A program made the translations under genes and the position numbers. Shown here piece after piece: positions 13,654 through 23,250 of a stretch of 41,374 nt of DNA. This stretch comes from an uncultured Candidatus Saccharibacteria bacterium. Lineage in GTDB: Bacteria; Patescibacteriota; Minisyncoccia; Ryanbacterales; HO2-45-13. Below the pieces are notes generated by a model that saw only the letters and a list, made by a program, of their open reading frames with translations, had not been told where the DNA came from and made no database searches. Location of the stretch: the NCBI GenBank assembly GCA_964360995.1, contig CAYHYZ010000005.1, positions 1 through 41,374 of the forward strand, written 5' to 3'. Within the stretch, counting starts at the first letter, position 1; each line of letters begins with the position of its first letter.

Positions 13654-15672
13654 ATGCACAGCGAACCAACGCCATTTATACTGTCGTCCACTTACGTCCC
13701 CACCGGTGACCAGCCCCGCGCCATTGAAGGGTTGCTTCGTGGTGTACGCGAGGGGAATCAATATCAGACACTCCTTGGCGTTACGGGATCGGGGAAAACG
13801 TTCACGATGGCGAACATGATTCAAGCGCTGGGGCGTCCTACGCTCGTCCTTTCGCATAACAAGACGCTTGCGGCACAACTCTACCAAGAGTTTAAATCAT
13901 TTTTCCCCAGTAACGCCGTACATTATTTTGTATCGTACTACGATTATTATCAGCCGGAAGCCTACCTCCCCTCAACCGATACATATATAGAAAAAGATGC
14001 AAAGATCAATGAATTTTTGGATCAGCTCCGCCACGCAGCTACCGCGGCGGTACTGACGCGGCGTGATGTCATTGTGGTCGCGTCAGTGTCGGCAATATAT
14101 GGACTTGCGGATCCAAAGGAATATGGTCAGATGGCGGTGCACTTCCGTACCGGAGAAGCAATGCATCGTAGCGATCTCTTGCGATCGCTTGCGACACTTC
14201 AATACCATCGAAATGAGGTGGAGAAAACTCCAGGGACGTTTCGGGTAAAAGGAGAGCTTGTAGAAATTTACGCACCGGACGGAAGCGGCGTTACCCGCAT
14301 TGAACTTTTTGGATCCACCGTTGATCGCATTCGCGTAGGAAATGTGAGTATGACTGATCCTACGTGGACGCTTGTCCCAGAAATTACACTATTCCCTGCG
14401 AAGCATTTCGTCACTGCGAGCTACAAACTCACACGTGCAATTGGTATTATCGATGCCGAACGAGAAGCGCGTATTGCGGAACTGAAAAAAGTTGGAAAAA
14501 TATTGGAAGCAGAGCGGTTAAATCAACGCACGCTGTTTGATATTGCGATGCTTAAAGAAACGGGATATTGTGCGGGCGTTGAAAACTACTCTCGCCCCAT
14601 CGAGGGGCGTGCTCCGGGGACTCCCCCACACACGCTGATTGATTATTTCCCAGAAGGATTTATTACATTCGTCGATGAATCACACATGACGCTTCCACAA
14701 ATTCGCGGAATGCACAATGGAGACCGCGCACGCAAACAAACACTCGTCGATTTCGGATTTCGTTTGCCATCAGCGCTCGATAATCGGCCGCTCACGTTTG
14801 AAGAATTTGAATCTCGCACAAACACCACAATATATGTCTCTGCAACACCAACGGTGTTTGAGACACAACGTGGTCCAGTAGTCGAACAACTCATCCGCCC
14901 CACAGGACTCCTCGATCCTACTATTTCTCTTGAGCCTATTGAAGGGCAGGTGGAACACGCAAGCACACAAATTATTGAGCGCGCACGTCGTGGGGAGCGT
15001 TCGCTCGTCACATGTCTTACCAAACGGAATGCCGAAGACCTTTCGGAATATTTAGAAGGAAAAGGAATTCGTGTGACGTATCTGCACTCCGATATTAAAA
15101 CACTGGAACGCCCCGATATTTTACGAAAACTCCGCCTTGGAGAAATTGATGCTATTGTTGGTATTAACTTGCTCCGAGAAGGACTTGATCTCCCAGAGGT
15201 TGCGCTGATCTGTATACTCGACGCGGACAAAGAAGGATTTTTACGAAACGCGACCACATTGATTCAAACTATTGGACGCGCGGCCAGACACCAGAATGGG
15301 CATGTGATTTTTTATGGAGACCGCGTGACTGATTCTATGCGCAGAGCCCTGGATGAAACTGCTCGGAGAAGAACATTGCAAATAGAACACAATACTGCGC
15401 ACGGCATGGTCCCCACTTCGTTACATAAGCCCGTAGGAGAAGATCTGTTTGAGTCATTCCGCTCAACAAAACAACGTACTCCTGCGCAACTCGCGGCGCT
15501 TATCAAAAAAAGTCGCCACGAGCTCTCCGCGCGCGCGCTCACGCGCGAACTTGAGCAGGAAATGTTGGAGGCCGCAAACCGACTAGATTTTGAGAAAGCC
15601 GCCGAAATTCGCGACGTTCTCACGTCGTTATCCAGTGACTTGCCACCTCGCCCCCCACGTGATACCGTATGA
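13654..15672 (+). CDS. uvrB: excinuclease ABC subunit B
   Basis: GVTGSGKTFTMANMI Walker A, FVDESHMTLPQ, helicase motifs, and a C-terminal UVR domain LEQEMLEAANRLDFEKAAEIRD. Confidence 0.96.
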   Translation: MHSEPTPFILSSTYVPTGDQPRAIEGLLRGVREGNQYQTLLGVTGSGKTFTMANMIQALGRPTLVLSHNKTLAAQLYQEFKSFFPSNAVHYFVSYYDYYQPEAYLPSTDTYIEKDAKINEFLDQLRHAATAAVLTRRDVIVVASVSAIYGLADPKEYGQMAVHFRTGEAMHRSDLLRSLATLQYHRNEVEKTPGTFRVKGELVEIYAPDGSGVTRIELFGSTVDRIRVGNVSMTDPTWTLVPEITLFPAKHFVTASYKLTRAIGIIDAEREARIAELKKVGKILEAERLNQRTLFDIAMLKETGYCAGVENYSRPIEGRAPGTPPHTLIDYFPEGFITFVDESHMTLPQIRGMHNGDRARKQTLVDFGFRLPSALDNRPLTFEEFESRTNTTIYVSATPTVFETQRGPVVEQLIRPTGLLDPTISLEPIEGQVEHASTQIIERARRGERSLVTCLTKRNAEDLSEYLEGKGIRVTYLHSDIKTLERPDILRKLRLGEIDAIVGINLLREGLDLPEVALICILDADKEGFLRNATTLIQTIGRAARHQNGHVIFYGDRVTDSMRRALDETARRRTLQIEHNTAHGMVPTSLHKPVGEDLFESFRSTKQRTPAQLAALIKKSRHELSARALTRELEQEMLEAANRLDFEKAAEIRDVLTSLSSDLPPRPPRDTV

Positions 15673-15675
15673 GTC

Positions 15676-15939
15676 ATGCCAAATACTCGATCAGCAAAGA
15701 AGGCTCTCCGGCAATCTGCGTCACGCCGCGTCTTTAATTTGCGCCGCAGTCGTGCAATGAAAGACGTAATAAAAGACTTGCGTAACCTCGCACTCGCAAG
15801 TGAGTTAGAAAAAGCAAAAAAACTACTCCCCGAGGCATATCAAGCAATTGATAAGGCTGCGCATGGTGGAATTATCTCAAAAAATACGGCGAGTCGCAGA
15901 AAGGCACTCGTAGCAAAACTCGTCGCGAAACGCTCGTAA
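15676..15939 (+). CDS. rpsT: 30S ribosomal protein S20
   Basis: MPNTRSAKKALRQSASRRVFNLRRSRAMK... is the typical bS20 N-terminus; 87 aa. Confidence 0.9.
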   Translation: MPNTRSAKKALRQSASRRVFNLRRSRAMKDVIKDLRNLALASELEKAKKLLPEAYQAIDKAAHGGIISKNTASRRKALVAKLVAKRS

Positions 15940-16689
15940 CTACGTAGTGAGTAAAAAGTGCAGAAACACGTCATCGAATTTCGATGGCGTTGTTTTTATT
16001 TGTACGTCGATCGCGCGTAATCTGCTAAATGTTTTCGTAAGAAACCCCGGAGGAATCGTTTTCATGAGTCTCATACTTTTACTCACCACATACGGATGGA
16101 GTTTGGTCGATTTCGCTATTTCATCTTCTCTCGCGAGTGTGCGCGACGCTTCGGCAACATATCCAAGCGCTTGTACCTGCCAATGAATCGCCCAGAACAA
16201 TTCTTCCACGGTAATACCTGTCCGCGTGAGTAGTGCATACTCACTCAGTGCTCCGCGCACGTCTCCTCGTAGACAAGTATCCACAAAATGATAGACATCG
16301 TTTCGTGTTGCCTGCTTGATGGCCGCTGGCAGATCAGTCATCGCAACTTCACCGTGCTTCTTCATGTACGCAAACAGAGTATTTCCTGATGTTTTTGTGA
16401 GCGCGCCCCCTTCGAGCACGCAGAGCGTGTCTTCGCTTTTTTTCTGATCCTTACACCATGCCAGCACATGATCGGAAATTTCGATATGTGCGAGTATATT
16501 TTTTAGAAGAATAAATCGGCGCTCTGCAAACAGTGACTGCGCACTGAGCATGCTCACGATATTGCCACTCTCCTCGTCGGCATCACACTCGAGCACACTT
16601 GCTCCCGTGCGCATAGCGTCCGACTTCATTTTTTGCGCGCGTAAAAAAGTGCGCCGAATATCTGTTCCGGCAAGCAGAATGAGCTCCAT
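15940..16689 (-). CDS. holA: DNA polymerase III delta subunit (HolA)-like, short form
   Basis: SLFAERRFILLKN block and an alpha-helical C-terminal half with the spacing typical of HolA. At 249 aa it is shorter than usual. Confidence 0.55.
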   Translation of the reverse strand: MELILLAGTDIRRTFLRAQKMKSDAMRTGASVLECDADEESGNIVSMLSAQSLFAERRFILLKNILAHIEISDHVLAWCKDQKKSEDTLCVLEGGALTKTSGNTLFAYMKKHGEVAMTDLPAAIKQATRNDVYHFVDTCLRGDVRGALSEYALLTRTGITVEELFWAIHWQVQALGYVAEASRTLAREDEIAKSTKLHPYVVSKSMRLMKTIPPGFLTKTFSRLRAIDVQIKTTPSKFDDVFLHFLLTT

Positions 16690-16693
16690 ACAA

Positions 16694-17089
16694 TTAGTTG
16701 TACGCTTTTTGGATAATATCCTTTACGGTCTGCACAATTTCCGCAGGAGTGTAGTGCGCTTTTACAAGAAAGTCGTGTGCACCAAGTGCCATTGCTTTAT
16801 CGATATCTTCTTTTGCGCCCAAGTTTGAGAGCACAATAATCGGAATCGCGCTCACGGAAGTATCTCCTTTTGCTGTTTTCAAAAGCTCAAAACCGTCGAT
16901 TCCCGGGATTACAAGGTCAAGAAGCACAATGGATGGTTTTTTTTCTTTCAGCAATCGAAGTCCCTCATCTCCATCTACCCCCTCTACAACGGTATAGCCC
17001 TCCTGTCTCAATTTTCCAGAAATAAGATCCCGAAGGAACTTATCATCTTCAACGAGAAGTATAGTAATTTGATCTGTTGATATTGCCAT
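16694..17089 (-). CDS. response regulator, receiver (REC) domain only
   Basis: ILLVEDDKFLRDL, acceptor Asp in IVLLDLVIPGIDG, LSNLG, KAMALGAHDFLVK. No output domain. Confidence 0.9.
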   Translation of the reverse strand: MAISTDQITILLVEDDKFLRDLISGKLRQEGYTVVEGVDGDEGLRLLKEKKPSIVLLDLVIPGIDGFELLKTAKGDTSVSAIPIIVLSNLGAKEDIDKAMALGAHDFLVKAHYTPAEIVQTVKDIIQKAYN

Positions 17090-17128
17090 ATTTGTAGCTA
17101 TAGGTTACCACTCGCATACTCTGTTCGT

Positions 17129-18325
17129 CTATATCCCCGCTGTTTCTACTGGGGCTCGCTCGGAAGGGGGCACGAGACGCTTTGACAGCGGCAAGGTGAA
17201 ATAAAAAGTCGTTCCCTTGCCAAGCGCAGATTCAAACCAAATAGACCCCCCGTGTTGGGCAATAATATTTCGTGTAATAAATAGTCCAAGGCCACTCCCT
17301 GCTGTTTCTTGCTTTACCACATTCGCACCGCGGAAAAACTTTGAAAATATCCGTTCTTTGTCCTCGTCTGCAATCCCAAGACCTTGGTCGGACACCGAAA
17401 TCTGCACATAATCTTCCTTTAACTTCTTCATCGCCACCTCAATAGTAGTACCCTTAATGGAATAAGAAAGTGCATTGCGAATTAAATTTGTGAGCGCTAA
17501 ACCCAGGCGCTCACGATCAGCAAACGCAGTAAATATTTCCGTTGGAAGCGCACATGCGATTTTAAGATTCTTTTGGGTAGCAGTGAGTTCGTGATCTCGC
17601 ACTGTGGTTGCAACAAGATCATTAATGTTGAGTGGCGTAAAATTATATCCAAACCTTCCCTCTTCAATGCGCGCTACATTGAGCAGATCATTCACGAGCT
17701 GAATCATGCGTTCATTCTCTTCAAAGGTTCTTCGCACAATTTCCTCCTGTTTTTTATTAATTTTTCCAAGATCGCCCTCTTGTAGCAGGTGGAGCGCCCA
17801 CTTCATTGCTGAAAGTGGTGTGCGTAGTTGATGGGCGGTGATAGAAATAAATTCGGACTTTACTTTTGAAATAGATTGCTGACGCTCAGTCACCTCCTTG
17901 AGTTTGCGAATCATGTCATTAAAAAATTGTCCGAGAATTCCAATCTCGTCCTTGCGTGTAATCCGAAACGAGAGGTCAAGATCTCCTGTGGTAATTTGTT
18001 CCACCGCTCCGGTGAGCGTGCGCAAAGATTGTGTGATACTTCTTGACATGACGTAGGCAATAAATAACGCCATAATCATAATGTACAGAAAAATGTATAT
18101 TCCTTGCGCAATGAGATTAGTGGCAAGCACCGCGGGAACGGATACTCCTCCAACGGCATTGATCAGTGTTTGAAATGTGGTCCAAGCAAAAATACCAACG
18201 AGCGCCAATGGGATGAACGCAAGTGAGATGAGTGAGAGAAAAAGACGAATGAAAAGCGACTTCCCCATCCGCGGGAGAATGCGCCCTTCACGATCCATGC
18301 GTATATGACGCTCTGCAACGAACAT
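17129..18325 (-). CDS. sensor histidine kinase (2 TM, HAMP, HisKA, HATPase_c)
   Basis: TM helices, HAMP (LTGAVEQITTGDLD), H-box ITAHQLRTPLSA, N box LIRNALSYS, G boxes DQGLGI and GSGLGL. The start may be ATG 18268. Confidence 0.9.
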   Translation of the reverse strand: MFVAERHIRMDREGRILPRMGKSLFIRLFLSLISLAFIPLALVGIFAWTTFQTLINAVGGVSVPAVLATNLIAQGIYIFLYIMIMALFIAYVMSRSITQSLRTLTGAVEQITTGDLDLSFRITRKDEIGILGQFFNDMIRKLKEVTERQQSISKVKSEFISITAHQLRTPLSAMKWALHLLQEGDLGKINKKQEEIVRRTFEENERMIQLVNDLLNVARIEEGRFGYNFTPLNINDLVATTVRDHELTATQKNLKIACALPTEIFTAFADRERLGLALTNLIRNALSYSIKGTTIEVAMKKLKEDYVQISVSDQGLGIADEDKERIFSKFFRGANVVKQETAGSGLGLFITRNIIAQHGGSIWFESALGKGTTFYFTLPLSKRLVPPSERAPVETAGI

Positions 18326-18356
18326 GGATAAATTATATCACTATTTTATGTAAATG

Positions 18357-20966
18357 TTAGGAAATGGCGTGGAGCGCCCCCCAACTTTCCCCCTCACGCA
18401 CATCTACTTTCATGTGCACTGAAAGCGTTGAGGCGCCCTCCATGAGCTCGCGAATGCGCTGAGTTGCTGTCAGCACTTCAGATGTTCGTATTTCAAACAC
18501 AAGTTCGTCATGCACCTGTAGCAACATGCGCACAGAATCTTTTGGTCGTTCTATCAAATGAAATTCTCTTGCAATATCAATCATGGCTTGGTTGATAATA
18601 TCAGCAGCAGTTCCTTGAATCGGCATATTCACCGCCATACGCTCCGCTTCGCGAGATGCACGAAATTGATTCGAATTGATTGCTGGTAAATATCGGCGTC
18701 GCCCAAGCGCAGTGGCCACATAGCCATGTTTTCTTGCGAATACTTTTGTTTGTTCAATATATCTCTCTATGCCGGAGAACGCGTTGAAGTATTGTCTAAT
18801 ATATTCTTTTGCTTCTGCTCGTGTGGTGCCGGTAAGCTCTGAAAGTGCGGTCGATCCCATTCCGTAAAGAATGCCGAAGTTAATAACTTTTGCCTGACGA
18901 CGCATCTCTTTTGTCACGGCACTCGCTGCTACTCCATTCACTCGCGCTGCGGTGACTGTATGAATATCTTCCCCTGCCGCAAATGCCTCTAACATTATTT
19001 TATCCTCGGAAAGTGCGGCGGCGACACGTAAATCAATTTGAGAGTAATCAAATGACACGAGCGTATATCCATCAGACGGAATAAACGCCTTTCGAATTTC
19101 CATTCCAAGCTCTGTGCGGATTGGAATATTTTGTAGGTTGGGATTATGCGAAGAAACGCGCCCCGTCACTGTGCCTGTTTGCTGATACGTCGTATGAATT
19201 CTGCCGTCTTTCCCCACCAACTCCGGAAGAGATGAGATGTATGTATTTTGTAGCTTTGTGAGTTCGCGGTACTCCAATATCAAAGTAATGATGGGGTGCG
19301 CGTCTTTAATTTTTTCAAGTTCAGATTGCGCAGTGGAAAGCGCGCTGGTGCTTGTCTTTTTAATACCTTTTACGCCAATCCCCAGTTTTTCAAACAACAC
19401 TTCCCCTAATTGCTTTGGGGACTGGATGTTAAATGCCATTCCTGCCGCCTTAACAATGCGCTCTTCGAGATCTGCAATACGTGCGCCCGTCTCTTTCTGT
19501 AGCACTCCAAGTAACGAGCTATTTACGCGCACCCCCACAAACTCCATCGAAGCGAGTACAGGGGTTAATGGGAGCTCCATGTCCGTATATATTGCAGCAA
19601 GGGATTGGTCAGTAATTTTTTTGTATTGCGCTTCGTGCGCTTGGATGAGCGCTCGCGCGGAAACGCTGCCATGTGGCGCGTAGAGACGTGCAAGATCTTC
19701 AATATCCGAGGTGCGCCTTTGCGAATCAAGTAGCCATTCAATAATAACGGTGTCCCCCGCATATCGAGGAATAGTAAGCCCTTGCTCCATACATGCTTTG
19801 AGTAGAGGCTTTGCATCATGCAAAATAATACTCTCTGGATGCGTGGTGCTCGCGAGTGTCCGCGCGGCGCGTGCAAGGTCTACTCTCCATTCATGACTAT
19901 TCGTCACTACAATCGCGCCGTCTCCCAATACCGCAATCACTTGTACACCGCTCGCTACGTCTGATGCATACGCACGTTCGTTTTCTTTTGTGACCTCCAT
20001 CACTGTTGGTTCCGCAACAACAAGAAGCGCCGGTTGCGACTCCGCATCGGACGCACGCTCACCATTCAAATCACGCACACGTTGCACCAATGACCGAAAC
20101 CCGAAACGAGTAAAAAATTCAGACACTCGTTCGGTATTCACTTGCAGCTTCAGGTCGTCTATAGAAACGCTCACCGGCGCGTCAAAACGAATACGTGCAA
20201 GTTCCCTTGAAAATAGCGCTTCTTCTTCTCCATTTTTGAGCAACTCCGCAATGCGTGGCTTTAACCACTTCGGGTGCGGCAATTTTTTGAGTGCCTTATA
20301 AATATGTTCTAAATCTCCATATTCCCCGACCAGCAATGAGGCAGTTTTCTCCCCTATCCCTTTAATGCCAATGATATTGTCTGACGGATCTCCTTTTAAT
20401 CCCTTGAAATCTGGGAGTAATTCTGGAACAAATCCAAATCGTTCTTTCACTCCTTTTTCGTCGTAAAGTATGGTGTCCTGAATCCCCTTGCGAAGTGTGT
20501 AGACGCACACTTGCTCACCAACGACAAGTTGTAGTGTGTCGAGATCTCCCGATGCGATAATGATGCGGTCCCCTTTGCTTGCAAATTTTTTAGCAAGCGT
20601 GCCGATAATGTCATCTGCCTCAAACCCAGGAGCGTCCACGACAGGAATGTTAAACGCGGCAACGAGCTCACGGACGGATGCAAACTGACGCACCAGCGCT
20701 TCGTCAGTTTCTGGACGCTGCGCTTTATACGCCTCATATACTTGGTGTCGAAACGTTGGCTCCGCACGATCAAACGCAGCGGCAATGTGTGTTGGCTTTA
20801 ATTCTTTTATTAACTTCATGAGCACGGTTGCTACGCCATACACCGCACCAACAGGCTCTCCGGTGGGAGATGCAAGATCTGGAAGTGCGTGGTACGCGCG
20901 GTGAATGAGCGCATGTGTATCGAGAAGCACGATTGTATGTTTCGAAGATTGTTTTTTAGAGGCCAT
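18357..20966 (-). CDS. polA: DNA polymerase I
   Basis: 5' nuclease LLDTHALIHRAYHAL. Pol motifs A DYSQIDLRV, B RRQAKVINFGILYGM, C LQVHDELVFE. Start set at ATG 20966 (MASKKQSS), overlapping tsaE by 11 nt; the longest ORF reaches 21026. Confidence 0.95.
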   Translation of the reverse strand: MASKKQSSKHTIVLLDTHALIHRAYHALPDLASPTGEPVGAVYGVATVLMKLIKELKPTHIAAAFDRAEPTFRHQVYEAYKAQRPETDEALVRQFASVRELVAAFNIPVVDAPGFEADDIIGTLAKKFASKGDRIIIASGDLDTLQLVVGEQVCVYTLRKGIQDTILYDEKGVKERFGFVPELLPDFKGLKGDPSDNIIGIKGIGEKTASLLVGEYGDLEHIYKALKKLPHPKWLKPRIAELLKNGEEEALFSRELARIRFDAPVSVSIDDLKLQVNTERVSEFFTRFGFRSLVQRVRDLNGERASDAESQPALLVVAEPTVMEVTKENERAYASDVASGVQVIAVLGDGAIVVTNSHEWRVDLARAARTLASTTHPESIILHDAKPLLKACMEQGLTIPRYAGDTVIIEWLLDSQRRTSDIEDLARLYAPHGSVSARALIQAHEAQYKKITDQSLAAIYTDMELPLTPVLASMEFVGVRVNSSLLGVLQKETGARIADLEERIVKAAGMAFNIQSPKQLGEVLFEKLGIGVKGIKKTSTSALSTAQSELEKIKDAHPIITLILEYRELTKLQNTYISSLPELVGKDGRIHTTYQQTGTVTGRVSSHNPNLQNIPIRTELGMEIRKAFIPSDGYTLVSFDYSQIDLRVAAALSEDKIMLEAFAAGEDIHTVTAARVNGVAASAVTKEMRRQAKVINFGILYGMGSTALSELTGTTRAEAKEYIRQYFNAFSGIERYIEQTKVFARKHGYVATALGRRRYLPAINSNQFRASREAERMAVNMPIQGTAADIINQAMIDIAREFHLIERPKDSVRMLLQVHDELVFEIRTSEVLTATQRIRELMEGASTLSVHMKVDVREGESWGALHAIS

Positions 20967-21420
20967 GAAAATTGAATGAAAGTGTACGGTGGGTAGGATT
21001 TTTATTTCCCTCAATTTCAATATCAATTCGTTTTCTAGGAAGCGCCGATTTTACACGCTCCCCCCATTCCACACAAATAATCGCGCGGGGGTCTGCATAC
21101 ATTTCTTTCCATCCGACTGATCCCAGTTCGCTCGCGGTCTTTAATCGATAACAGTCCATGTGATGTAGTGTCGTCCATGGCTCTTTTGTGATTTCGTGAG
21201 ATCTCACCACAATAAATGTAGGGGAGAGAATACGTCCGTGCGCACCAAGGATGCGCCCAAGTTCCTGTACAAATGTTGTTTTTCCTGCGCCAAGCTCTCC
21301 ATTCAGCGTAACAACTAGAGCGGTTTTGAGGTGTAAATCTTTTTCAAGTAGTCCAGCGGCAAATGCGCGCACTGCTTTGATAAAATCTGATTTTTTTGTA
21401 GTCACTACTAGCACTTTCAT
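20956..21420 (-). CDS. tsaE: tRNA t6A biosynthesis ATPase TsaE (YjeE)
   Basis: LNGELGAGKTTFVQELGRILG P-loop, SPTFIVV, HHMDCYRL, VEWGERV. Confidence 0.88.
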   Translation of the reverse strand: MKVLVVTTKKSDFIKAVRAFAAGLLEKDLHLKTALVVTLNGELGAGKTTFVQELGRILGAHGRILSPTFIVVRSHEITKEPWTTLHHMDCYRLKTASELGSVGWKEMYADPRAIICVEWGERVKSALPRKRIDIEIEGNKNPTHRTLSFNFHGL

Positions 21421-21486
21421 ATCGGTAGCGTACCATGAACTCCATTCAACTCAACATTGTTTTTGTGTGGCTCGCACAAATAAATT

Positions 21487-21553
21487 CAGCACCACTTTTT
21501 ATTTAAAGTGGTGCTGAAATAAAAAAATGGACGACTCCTCCTGAATCGTCCAT
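21487..21553 (-). terminator. tandem intrinsic terminators after the 21590-22159 gene
   Basis: Minus strand: ATGGACGA...TCGTCCAT (21553-21527) followed by T7, then CAGCACCACTTT/AAAGTGGTGCTG (21516-21487). Confidence 0.75.
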
Positions 21554-21589
21554 TTTATGTTGTGGGTTCGCAGCACCATTGCCGCTACC

Positions 21590-22159
21590 CTAATCGCACT
21601 CATCGAGCGCCCGCCAGCACTCGCTGGCCGCTTCACCGGTAGTCCCCCGGCAAATACGCTCGAGCGTCGCACAGTCGACCGCTCCACCCGCGCTTTCCCC
21701 TAGAGAAGCGTGCGCAGTCGGTGTCGCTGATGGCTTCGAGTAGATCGGTGCCGCCAGGTTGCCGGGAATTGCATTACCGGGCGCTGGGTCATTGTGGCCA
21801 TCGTTGGCCACACACTGATCAATGCACTTGCTGTAAAGCAAGCCAAGAGCAACCTGTGTGCACTCCCTCCTGCATGCGCTATCTCCTCCATTGGAGCCAA
21901 GCGTGGGCATCGAGCTTCCACCGTAACCATTCCCGCCGCCGATGGAAAATCCACCGGAAAATCCGTACCTACCTGACCCACCGTATGAATCGTACCGAGT
22001 GGGTCTGCCGTACGAGTACGGCTGTGTGTTGTCGCGGTGCGTCGTCACAACGGGTGGAGCTTCATCATGGCACCCACGATGGTCGCAATAGAGCGCGAAC
22101 GCCGGTGCGGTCATCGCAATCATCACAACCGCGGTAACAAACGCTGTAAAGTACTTCAT
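21590..22159 (-). CDS. secreted Gly-rich / Cys-rich protein, unknown function
   Basis: Signal peptide MKYFTAFVTAVVMIAMTAPAFA, a GGSGRYGFSGGFSIGGGNGYGG tract, and a Cys-rich C-terminal region (11 Cys overall). AGGAG SD 8 nt upstream. Markedly G+C-rich. Confidence 0.7.
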   Translation of the reverse strand: MKYFTAFVTAVVMIAMTAPAFALYCDHRGCHDEAPPVVTTHRDNTQPYSYGRPTRYDSYGGSGRYGFSGGFSIGGGNGYGGSSMPTLGSNGGDSACRRECTQVALGLLYSKCIDQCVANDGHNDPAPGNAIPGNLAAPIYSKPSATPTAHASLGESAGGAVDCATLERICRGTTGEAASECWRALDECD

Positions 22160-22401
22160 TTCTTTTCTCCTACTTCCTGATGAAAATCAGGAAAATTGTC
22201 GTTATCAAAGTCCAACCCCATCCCATTTATTTTCCTCCTCACGCGCCCCCTGAATTGAAGGCGGACTTTTTTAATCTAAAACAATTATACCTTGAAATAT
22301 TCATATTGTCAACAGGTGCACAGCTCCGCTGTCAAGTGCTATGTGCGCCAAAAGACCTTACTCCGCTTGCGTTTTTTTGGCATTCATGGTATAAGCAGTC
22401 C

Positions 22402-23250
22402 ATGCATGATCTGAAATCAGACATCGAGCAAGCACGTCTGGTGGGTATTATTGTCCCCCCCTCACCAACTCATGAGGCGCTTCTTGCCGCATTTGCGGTC
22501 AAAAAAGCTGCCGGAGAAAAAGGATTTCTGCTTGGCAATCCCGGTGTCACCAATGATCACTGGAATATGCTATTTAACGAGAAACTCCCTCCTCGCGATT
22601 TTGCGCTTACCGTCAACACTGCAGACATTCCGATTGAAGAACTCCGATATGAGCGCAAGGGCGATGCACTCACGGTATATTTTACAAGCTACCGTGAACT
22701 CGACACGCAACATTTTACATTTGAAGAAGCGCTCCCCGAATGCGATCTCCTTATTACCGTTGGATTTCCAAACACCGAAACCGAGCAGGAAACACTGCAA
22801 CGCATGTATCAAAATAAAACATACAAACACATTTCGATCGCACGATCGGGAGCGGCAACTGCAAAAGCGGGGAATCTGAAACTACTGTCTCGTATGTTGT
22901 TCCGCTCACGAGAGGAATTGGAACTAAACACACTCTGGTCATTTATCTCGCCAGACGACTTTTTAAAGACAGAAGCGACCCCAACCGACGCGCTTGCACT
23001 CGTGCCGTCAATGGAATCACTTTCCGGTGGCCCTGAGTTTATTGTGGTGTTATGGCAGGAACTCGGGCGTGATGTCACTGGGCTTGTACATAGTAGAAAC
23101 GAGCACGCATTACAGCAAATTGCCGCAAACTTGGGCGTTGCGCGCAGTAGCACACATGTGATGCTCCCCTACATGGGATCGTTTACCGAGGCCGAGCGCA
23201 ACGTACGAAAATTGCTGCTCTCCATGGGACTCGGTACAATGAAGTCGTGA
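22402..23250 (+). CDS. hypothetical protein translationally coupled to pilB
   Basis: ORF 22180-23250 trimmed to ATG 22402 (MHDLKSDIEQARLVGIIV). TGGTATAAG extended -10 lies 6 nt upstream. Its stop overlaps the pilB GTG start (GTGA). There is a vague NrnA/DHH-like layout, but no DHH catalytic residues are visible. Confidence 0.55.
   Translation: MHDLKSDIEQARLVGIIVPPSPTHEALLAAFAVKKAAGEKGFLLGNPGVTNDHWNMLFNEKLPPRDFALTVNTADIPIEELRYERKGDALTVYFTSYRELDTQHFTFEEALPECDLLITVGFPNTETEQETLQRMYQNKTYKHISIARSGAATAKAGNLKLLSRMLFRSREELELNTLWSFISPDDFLKTEATPTDALALVPSMESLSGGPEFIVVLWQELGRDVTGLVHSRNEHALQQIAANLGVARSSTHVMLPYMGSFTEAERNVRKLLLSMGLGTMKS

Noticed and set aside
14643-15257. 204-aa antisense ORF inside uvrB (similarly 19237-19683 in polA, 36019-36588, 37201-37809, 26702-27298, 27184-27684, 12751-13302, 31435-31812)
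   Set aside because: These are shadow ORFs opposite or out of frame with confidently identified genes. They have Ser/Arg/Cys/Pro-skewed low-complexity translations and no motifs.
22180-22401. First 74 codons of ORF 22180-23250
   Set aside because: The region is an AT-rich promoter-like spacer facing the divergent 22159 gene. The translation is implausible (MKIRKIVVIKVQPHPIYFPP...). An extended -10 lies just before the internal ATG at 22402.
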